This document shows, in pieces, positions 58,301 through 64,000 of a stretch of DNA of 64,000 nt. Position 1 is the first letter of the stretch, and the number at the start of each line of letters is the position of its first letter. Below the pieces are notes generated by a model that was not told the DNA's origin, ran no database searches, and saw only the letters and a list, made by a program, of their open reading frames with translations. This DNA comes from Bacteroidia bacterium. Its GTDB lineage: Bacteria > Bacteroidota > Bacteroidia > M30B66. The translations under genes and the position numbers were made by a program. Where the stretch lies: NCBI GenBank assembly GCA_965279035.1, contig OZ257142.1, forward strand, positions 448,001 through 512,000. Reading direction: 5' to 3'.

Positions 58301-58806
58301 GACCTAAATACGGGAAGTTGATGAAGAGCATCGCTGCAGTTGTAAATACCCTAGAAACGCCGCAGATTAATCAATTGCAGCGAGAAGGAAAGCTTGCGGT
58401 GATGGTCGAAGGGCAAGAAATTGTATTAAGTCCAGAAGACGTAGAAATATTCACGGAAGATATTCCGGGATGGCTTGTCGCTAGCGAAGGCTCCTATACT
58501 GTTGCTCTCGATATCACCCTTAGTGAAGGACTTTTGGAAGAAGGTCTTGCGCGTGAGCTTGTGAATAAGATTCAGAACTTACGCAAGACCAGTGGATTAG
58601 AGGTAACTGACAGTATTGAAATCATTGTGCAAAACCATCCAGCATTGACTGCTGCAATCGAGAACAATAAAACCTATATTTGCGCCGAAACCCTTGGAGC
58701 ATCACTGACCATTGTCAATGATGGCGCGGCTTCCGGTGGTTCTTTAGTAGAACTAACAGAAGACATCTCCACGGTAATCAACATCTCTAAACTGAACGGA
58801 CTATGA
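55363..58806 (+). CDS. ileS: Isoleucine--tRNA ligase (type 2)
   Basis: EGPPSANG.PGIHH, GWDTHGLPVE, WTTTPWTLPSN, SRSRYWG, EGVDQTRGWF and KMSKR. Confidence 0.97.
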   Translation: MHYPEQKNLNLPAIADEVLDWWELHKVFESSVSTREGKPSFTFYEGPPSANGLPGIHHVMARTIKDLFCRYKTLQGFQVKRKAGWDTHGLPVELGVEKALGITKEDIGKSISIEEYNIACREDVMKFTGVWNDLTRRMGYWVDMDNPYITYENKYIESVWWLLGQLHEKGLLYKGFTIQPYSPAAGTGLSSHELNMPGTYKDVKDTTIVAQFKVKADDKVKALFAGINLENLSFMAWTTTPWTLPSNTALSVGKNIRYVAVSTFNPYVHTPCTVILAKDLLGRFFLEKNAELELSSYKAGDKAIPFTIVGEYSGAELVGIRYEQLLPYAQPTDGDAFKVITGDFVTTEDGTGIVHTAPSFGADDFKVARQHGIGSLTLVDLQGRFVPEVNDTVFGFAHEYVKEQYLNEDEKAAELALQQEHLKHIIPHLEKYMSVDERIALKLKIEGKAFKIEKYDHTYPHCWRTDKPILYYPLDSWFIKSTAVKDRLIELNKTIHWKPESTGTGRFGNWLENLQDWNLSRSRYWGIPIPIWTSEDRSEQIIISSAEQLRSEIEKAIAAGIMSQNPLGAFVPGDMSEENYRSFDLHRPYADDIFLVSASGKKMKRESDLIDVWFDSGAMPYAQWHYPFENKDLVDSGKAFPADFIAEGVDQTRGWFFTLHAIGTMVFDSVAFKNVVSNGLVLDKNGNKMSKRLGNGVDPFETLSQYGPDATRWYMIGNAQPWDNLKFNVDGISEVQRKFFGTLYNTYAFFALYANIDKFNMDFSNQIPVQDRPEIDRWILSRLNSLKKEVAEKLDDYDPTPAVRAIEEFVSEQLSNWYVRLGRRRFWRSESDSDKQAAYETLYECLLVVSQLMSPVAPFFGEWLFRNLHAASDSGKINSVHLSEWPIVNESLIDSDLEERMELAQRYTSMILGLRKKVNIRVRQPLQKIMVPVIDPHIKTQLNAVKDLILSETNVKELEYVGDDTGVIEKKIKPDFKALGPKYGKLMKSIAAVVNTLETPQINQLQREGKLAVMVEGQEIVLSPEDVEIFTEDIPGWLVASEGSYTVALDITLSEGLLEEGLARELVNKIQNLRKTSGLEVTDSIEIIVQNHPALTAAIENNKTYICAETLGASLTIVNDGAASGGSLVELTEDISTVINISKLNGL

Positions 58807-59183
58807 GCCAACAGGAAAAAAACCGTTACAACCCGGAAGAGTTGCAGGAGTTTAAGGACATCATTGAAAAGAAATTGGACGAAGCCCGCAAGGACTACGA
58901 CCTTCTTAAAAGTGCTTTTTCGAATAAAGACGATCATGGAACGGATGATACTTCGCCTACTTTCAAATTATTGGAAGAAGGATCGGATGTTCTTTCTAAA
59001 GAAGAAACAGGTCAATTGGCATCACGCCAAAAGAAGTTTATCGAAAATCTCGAAGCTGCTCTTATCAGGATCCAAAACAACACCTACGGCATTTGCCGCG
59101 TTACTGGAAAACTAATTCCTAAAGAACGTTTGCGGATTGTTCCGCATGCAACACTTAGCATTGAAGCTAAAAACTTACAGTAA
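58803..59183 (+). CDS. DksA/TraR family protein
   Basis: Coiled coil followed by AL.RI...TYGIC..TGK.IPKERL..VPHATL; lies between ileS and lspA. Confidence 0.88.
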   Translation: MSQQEKNRYNPEELQEFKDIIEKKLDEARKDYDLLKSAFSNKDDHGTDDTSPTFKLLEEGSDVLSKEETGQLASRQKKFIENLEAALIRIQNNTYGICRVTGKLIPKERLRIVPHATLSIEAKNLQ

Positions 59184-59192
59184 ACCATTCCG

Positions 59193-59221
59193 GCCCCGCG
59201 CATGCCGCGGGGCTTTTTTTT
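59193..59221 (+). terminator. Rho-independent terminator-like hairpin between dksA and lspA
   Basis: gccccgcg/cgcggggc 8-bp GC stem, 5-nt loop, T8 tract. Confidence 0.75.
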
Positions 59222-59234
59222 GATTCGTGCTCCC

Positions 59235-59861
59235 TTGAAGAAATCCCTTCTTATTTTGTTTTCGGTATTGTTCGTGGATCAAACCGTTAAGTATCTGATT
59301 AAAACAAATCTGATGCTTGGTGAATCTATTCAAGTTGCTGGGAATTGGTGCTATCTCACTTTTGTTGAAAATAATGGGATGGCATTCGGGATGGAATTTG
59401 GGGGAGAATTCGGAAAGTTATTTTTAAGTTTATTCCGAGTAGTGGTTGTTGGCACCATGTGTTACTTCTTACTTAAAGCGTCCAAAGAGAAAAAATTACA
59501 TCCTGGATTACAGATTTCTTTTTCCTTAATCATTGCCGGAGCCATCGGAAATATTATTGATAGCGCATTTTACGGATTGATTTACAATGATAGTTTTGGA
59601 CAGGTCGCAAGCTTATTTCCTGCCGAAGGTGGATACGGTACTTTTCTTCATGGACGTGTGGTTGATATGTTTTATTTCCCACTATTTGAAGGACATTTTC
59701 CTTCGTGGTCGCCCATTTATCCAAGCGAAGAATTCATCTTTTTTAGTCCCGTGTTCAATGTTGCCGACTTCTCTATCAGCATTGGAGCTGTAATCTTTCT
59801 TTTCTACCAGAAGCATTTTTTCCAGGAAAAGAAAAAAGAAGAGTCTGTTATTGAGGCTTAA
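59235..59861 (+). CDS. lspA: Lipoprotein signal peptidase II
   Basis: DQ..K, ENNGMAFG, AGAIGNIID, G.VVDM and VFNVAD. TTG 59235 preferred because the ATG at 59202 lies inside the hairpin; start is uncertain. Confidence 0.92.
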   Translation: MKKSLLILFSVLFVDQTVKYLIKTNLMLGESIQVAGNWCYLTFVENNGMAFGMEFGGEFGKLFLSLFRVVVVGTMCYFLLKASKEKKLHPGLQISFSLIIAGAIGNIIDSAFYGLIYNDSFGQVASLFPAEGGYGTFLHGRVVDMFYFPLFEGHFPSWSPIYPSEEFIFFSPVFNVADFSISIGAVIFLFYQKHFFQEKKKEESVIEA

Positions 59862-59862
59862 A

Positions 59863-60858
59863 TTAAGCTGGTAGCCAACCTTTTTCAAGCATCAATTCCG
59901 CAATTTGGATAGCATTGGTTGCAGCTCCTTTACGCAGATTGTCTGATACAATCCACATGTTTAACGTCTTATCCTGACTTTCATCGCGGCGTAAACGTCC
60001 CACAAAAACCTCATCCCGATTGTTCGCATTGATGGGCATTGGATATTTGTTGTGCATCACATCATCTTCCACAATTACACCTGGTGCATTGGATAATATT
60101 TCGCGCAATTCTGCCAAATCAAATTCCTTTTCGAATTCCACATTCACCGATTCGGAATGCCCGCCAATTACAGGAACACGAACAGTCGTTGCAGTTAATC
60201 GTATGTGATTATCACCCATAATTTTACGGGTTTCGTTAAGCATTTTCATCTCTTCTTTGGTGTATCCATTTTCTTGGAAGGAATCAATGTGTGGTAAAAT
60301 GTTGAGGTCGATTGGATGAGGATAAGCTGGTTCTCCCAATGTGCCTTTGCGTTCATTAATTAATTGCTGAACGGCTTTCAAACCGGTACCAGTAACACTT
60401 TGATAGGTTGAAACTACAATGCGTTTGATCGTGTATTTCTTATGCAATGGCTGTAAGGCAACTACCATTTGGATTGTAGAGCAATTGGGGTTGGCTATAA
60501 TTTTATCTTCAGCAGTCAACGCATCAGCATTCACTTCGGGAACAATCAACTTCTTTGTAGGATCCATCCGCCAGGCTGATGAATTATCAATCACCACACA
60601 ACCAATCGCTTCAAATTTTGGCGCCCATTCTAAGGAAGTACTCCCGCCCGCCGAAAACAAGGCTAAATCGGGTTCAAGCAATAATGCATTTTCCGGTGTA
60701 AGTACTGTCCATTCTTCATTATTAAACTTCACTCTTCTGCCAGCCGATCGCTCCGAAGCTACTGGAATTAAAACAGATACAGGAAAATTACGTTCCTGAA
60801 GAATTTGGAGCATTTTATTACCAACCAATCCGGTGGCACCTACAACAGCTACTTTCAT
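59863..60858 (-). CDS. asd: Aspartate-semialdehyde dehydrogenase
   Basis: VVGATGLVG, IDNSSAWRMD, IANPNCST, RVPV..GHSE and DNLRKGAATNA. Confidence 0.97.
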   Translation of the reverse strand: MKVAVVGATGLVGNKMLQILQERNFPVSVLIPVASERSAGRRVKFNNEEWTVLTPENALLLEPDLALFSAGGSTSLEWAPKFEAIGCVVIDNSSAWRMDPTKKLIVPEVNADALTAEDKIIANPNCSTIQMVVALQPLHKKYTIKRIVVSTYQSVTGTGLKAVQQLINERKGTLGEPAYPHPIDLNILPHIDSFQENGYTKEEMKMLNETRKIMGDNHIRLTATTVRVPVIGGHSESVNVEFEKEFDLAELREILSNAPGVIVEDDVMHNKYPMPINANNRDEVFVGRLRRDESQDKTLNMWIVSDNLRKGAATNAIQIAELMLEKGWLPA

Positions 60859-60928
60859 TTACAGCAGAAGTTTTGTTTCTTTAACCAATAGAATTCTGTC
60901 AAAAGTAATCATTCGTATACCTTGATTT

Positions 60929-63562
60929 ATGCAATACCTCATTAAACAAATCTTTACAATTTCATTCCTTATTCTTTCTATCTGTGCACAAGCTCAACTC
61001 CAAGATGATTTTGCCGATGGAAATTTTACCTCAAATCCAGCCTGGTCGGGCTCTACTTCAGAATTTCTTGTTGATGGAACTTTTGCATTACAAAGCAATG
61101 GCGACACTACATCGCTTTCGAACAGAGAGATTTATCTAAGCACTCCTTCATCATCCATAGTGAGTACACAATGGGAATTTTACGTGAATCCCAAAGTTTC
61201 TACTTCTTCCAATAACCGAATGGATGTGTATCTCACTTCAAGCGATGCTGTTTTGAATGGGAACAATACCGGATATTTTGTTCGCATTGGTGGTACGCCC
61301 GATGAAGTTGCCTTGTTTCGTAAAGATGGATTAGGAACAGAATCCTATGTTATTAATGGAGTTACAGGTGCAATCAATAGCAGCAGTACAAATCCAACTA
61401 AAGTTAAAGTCACACGAGACGCATCAGGAAACTGGACGCTTTTTGCCGACTACAATGGCACAGGTGTTCTATACGAATTGATCGGTTCTGCTCAGGATTT
61501 AACCTACACAACCTCTGCTTATTTTGGATTGGTTGTTCGATATTCAAGTTCGAATAGACAAAAATATTATGCTGATAATTTCTATGTTGGACCAATCATC
61601 GTCGACAATACACCACCTGTTGTTCAATCGGTTAAGGTGCTTTCTGCAACGAGTTTAGAACTAAGTTTTTCGGAAAGTGTTAGTCAACTAACTGCTGAGG
61701 AAACGGCCAATTACTTAGTGAATAATAGCATTGGCGAACCAGTTTCTGCTGTCCGATCATCCACTTCCTTTTCAAAAGTAACCCTAAGCTTTCTTGCACA
61801 ATTTCAAGAAGGAGTTGAAAATATCCTAACAGTTAGTGCTGTGGAAGATCTTTCGGGGAACGATATGAATCCTCAACCAATTCCTTTCTTATACTACAAT
61901 GCAAAACCATACGATGTAGTAATAAATGAAATCATGGCAGATCCTGATCCTTCTGCTGGTTTGCCTAGCGCCGAATTCGTTGAGGTAAAGAATCGAACTT
62001 CGTATCCAATCAATCTTGAAAATTGGATGATTGAAGCTGGTACAAACCGAAAAGTAATTCCGGCCATTATACTTTACCCTGATAGCTTTGTTGTCCTTAC
62101 CGGTGAAACAGGGCAGGAATTATATTCTGATTCTCTTTCTGTTGTTGCATTAACATCTTTCCCTGCTCTTACCAATACTGGCGCTCGACTTACACTTTAC
62201 AATCCCGACACCGTGGTTATTTCTTCTATAACCTATGCCGATTCTTGGTATCAAGATCCCAACAAAGCTTTGGGTGGATTTTCACTGGAACAAATAAGTC
62301 CATTACAACCTTGTGCTGGCTCCGAAAACTGGAAAGCATCAGCTAGAATTTGGGGCGGAACACCCGGAAAGCAAAACAGCGTGTATGCAAATAATGCTGA
62401 TCAGCAAGCACCTAAAATTGACCGTGTTGTCGTAATTGCCATCGATACCATCCGAGTATTTTTCTCAGAAACGATTCGTTTAAGCAACCAATTGAATCTT
62501 AATTCCTACACGATTGATCAAACGATTGGTCATCCTACGTCTATTTTGTCTTATTCACCCGACTTCCTTTCTGTTAAATTATCTCTTGCTAATCCTTTAC
62601 AGGAAGGCGTTTTATATACCATTTCGATAACATCCGATTTACTCGATTGTGTGGGGAATTCGTTTGATGTAACCTCAACAGGTCGTTTTGCAATTCCTGA
62701 AATACCACAAGCAAACGATATAGTTATCAATGAAATTCTCAGCAACGAAAAGGACGGGGCGAGCGATTATGTTGAAATTTACAATCGTTCCAATAAAATC
62801 ATCGATTTAGCAAGTTTGCAATTAAGTCAATACGATACATTGGTTCAAGTTCCAATTGATATTGAGTTTATTGCACCTGATGGATACTTGCTTTTTCCGG
62901 GAGAATATTTAGTGCTTACAGATGATATTTCTGGAGTGAAGAATTTTTATTATACCTCAAATCCTACGGGTTTTTTGCAAATGGCGGGCTTTCCAACGAT
63001 GAATAATGATGATGGAACTGTTGCTCTTTCTCGCGTTTCGGATTTTGGAATCATTGATCGAATGACCTATTCTACTTCGATGCATTTTGCATTGCTGAAT
63101 AACCTCGATGGAGTGAGTTTAGAACGGGTAAATTATGATCGTCCCTCGGATGATAAAACCAATTGGAATTCAGCATCATCGGCTGTTGGTTATGGAACTC
63201 CCGCGTATAGAAATTCCCAATACAGCGAATTGATTAGCTCTCAACCCGGCTCTATTACTATTTCTCCCGAAGTGTTTTCTCCCGATGGGGATGGATTCGA
63301 TGATATCGTGAATTTTGCCTACGCTTTCGACACGCCCGGTTATACTGGAACTCTTAGCATTTACGACTCCCATGGACGATTAGTAAAATATGTTGGCAGA
63401 GGAGTCTTATTAGGAACCTCAGGTCAGTATTCTTGGAATGGAATTAACGAGGACAATGAAAAAGCCCGTTTGGGAATTTATGTTTTTGTGCTTGATGCTT
63501 TTACGCTTGATGGGAAAACAAGCAAGATAAAAAAAGCATTTGTTCTCGGTGGAAAGCTATAA
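60929..63562 (+). CDS. Lamin-tail-domain protein with Ig-like domains and a C-terminal gliding-motility/FlgD-like sorting domain
   Basis: Signal peptide; two V.INEI...E(F/Y)VE..NR lamin-tail motifs; GTPG; C-terminal FSPDGDG.DD...IYD..GRLV...WNG...GIY. Confidence 0.8.
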   Translation: MQYLIKQIFTISFLILSICAQAQLQDDFADGNFTSNPAWSGSTSEFLVDGTFALQSNGDTTSLSNREIYLSTPSSSIVSTQWEFYVNPKVSTSSNNRMDVYLTSSDAVLNGNNTGYFVRIGGTPDEVALFRKDGLGTESYVINGVTGAINSSSTNPTKVKVTRDASGNWTLFADYNGTGVLYELIGSAQDLTYTTSAYFGLVVRYSSSNRQKYYADNFYVGPIIVDNTPPVVQSVKVLSATSLELSFSESVSQLTAEETANYLVNNSIGEPVSAVRSSTSFSKVTLSFLAQFQEGVENILTVSAVEDLSGNDMNPQPIPFLYYNAKPYDVVINEIMADPDPSAGLPSAEFVEVKNRTSYPINLENWMIEAGTNRKVIPAIILYPDSFVVLTGETGQELYSDSLSVVALTSFPALTNTGARLTLYNPDTVVISSITYADSWYQDPNKALGGFSLEQISPLQPCAGSENWKASARIWGGTPGKQNSVYANNADQQAPKIDRVVVIAIDTIRVFFSETIRLSNQLNLNSYTIDQTIGHPTSILSYSPDFLSVKLSLANPLQEGVLYTISITSDLLDCVGNSFDVTSTGRFAIPEIPQANDIVINEILSNEKDGASDYVEIYNRSNKIIDLASLQLSQYDTLVQVPIDIEFIAPDGYLLFPGEYLVLTDDISGVKNFYYTSNPTGFLQMAGFPTMNNDDGTVALSRVSDFGIIDRMTYSTSMHFALLNNLDGVSLERVNYDRPSDDKTNWNSASSAVGYGTPAYRNSQYSELISSQPGSITISPEVFSPDGDGFDDIVNFAYAFDTPGYTGTLSIYDSHGRLVKYVGRGVLLGTSGQYSWNGINEDNEKARLGIYVFVLDAFTLDGKTSKIKKAFVLGGKL

Positions 63563-64000
63563 TAAGTGTTTAAACATAGGATCTTCGGTTCGTAACACCT
63601 CATACATATCTTCCCGAATTTTGTTTTTCAACTCGGGCAAATTTTCTTTGGTTAATCCAGTTGTATCGTAAGGACCTAAATATTTAATGGTGATTGTTCC
63701 CGGTCGAACAGCGTAATTATCGGAAGCAGTTATATTTCGTGCATTAATACTGCACATTGCCACGATGGGTTTTTGACTTTCAATGGCAAAACGAAATGCA
63801 CCATCGTAAAATTCGTTCAGCGGTTCCAAACCTTTATTTCGTGTCCCTTCGGGGAAAATAAAAATGGAATTCCCATTCAGAATCTCACTCATCATCGCTC
63901 TTGAACTTTTGTCGCGGCTTTCTTTGCTTCTTCTATCAACAAGCACGCATACGGTGGCGAATAAAAACCCTAAAAGGGGCATTTTTTTCAATTGCACTTT
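63557..64000 (-). CDS. Lysophospholipid/1-acyl-glycerol-3-phosphate acyltransferase (PlsC family), 5' part outside the window
   Basis: VDR, IFIFPEGTRN and F..GAF..A motifs; frame is open to the window edge. Confidence 0.85.
   Translation of the reverse strand, partial: KVQLKKMPLLGFLFATVCVLVDRRSKESRDKSSRAMMSEILNGNSIFIFPEGTRNKGLEPLNEFYDGAFRFAIESQKPIVAMCSINARNITASDNYAVRPGTITIKYLGPYDTTGLTKENLPELKNKIREDMYEVLRTEDPMFKHLL

Overview
Chromosomal segment of a Bacteroidota bacterium. Supporting signs are TAnnTTTG -7 promoter boxes, no Shine-Dalgarno sites, and T9SS type A and type B C-terminal domains. It opens with the 3' part (about 2970 codons, start upstream of the window) of a giant Ser/Thr-rich surface protein with 35 Cys-paired ~82-aa repeats and a type B sorting domain. 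Next come a lipoprotein/LpoB/COG3014-like trio, a GH3-family gene, an AT-rich acyltransferase plus MNT-HEPN toxin-antitoxin cassette, a MORN-repeat protein, PIN-PhoH and a plug-only TonB-receptor-like protein. Core genes follow: rplU-rpmA, a LysM transglycosylase, gatA, tatA, tatC, a trans-sulfuration enzyme, rsmA, a two-component pair, recX, a full nuoA-N operon, ileS-dksA-lspA and asd. An ECF sigma/anti-sigma locus and T9SS cargo genes lie among them. No tRNA, rRNA, CRISPR array, integrase or transposase was recognised. The most unusual signals are non-coding: (1) a perfect 13-bp inverted repeat bracketing the divergent GH3/acyltransferase promoter region, a candidate invertible switch; (2) a phased array of twelve G(C/T)AACA-type hexamers between two convergent terminators downstream of rpmA; (3) a ~100-nt multibranch structured element upstream of phoH; (4) two matching ECF-type promoters flanking the ECF/anti-sigma pair. 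A CRIPT-like Cys cluster on an exported MORN protein is also notable. All product calls come from motif recognition by eye; no searches were run.
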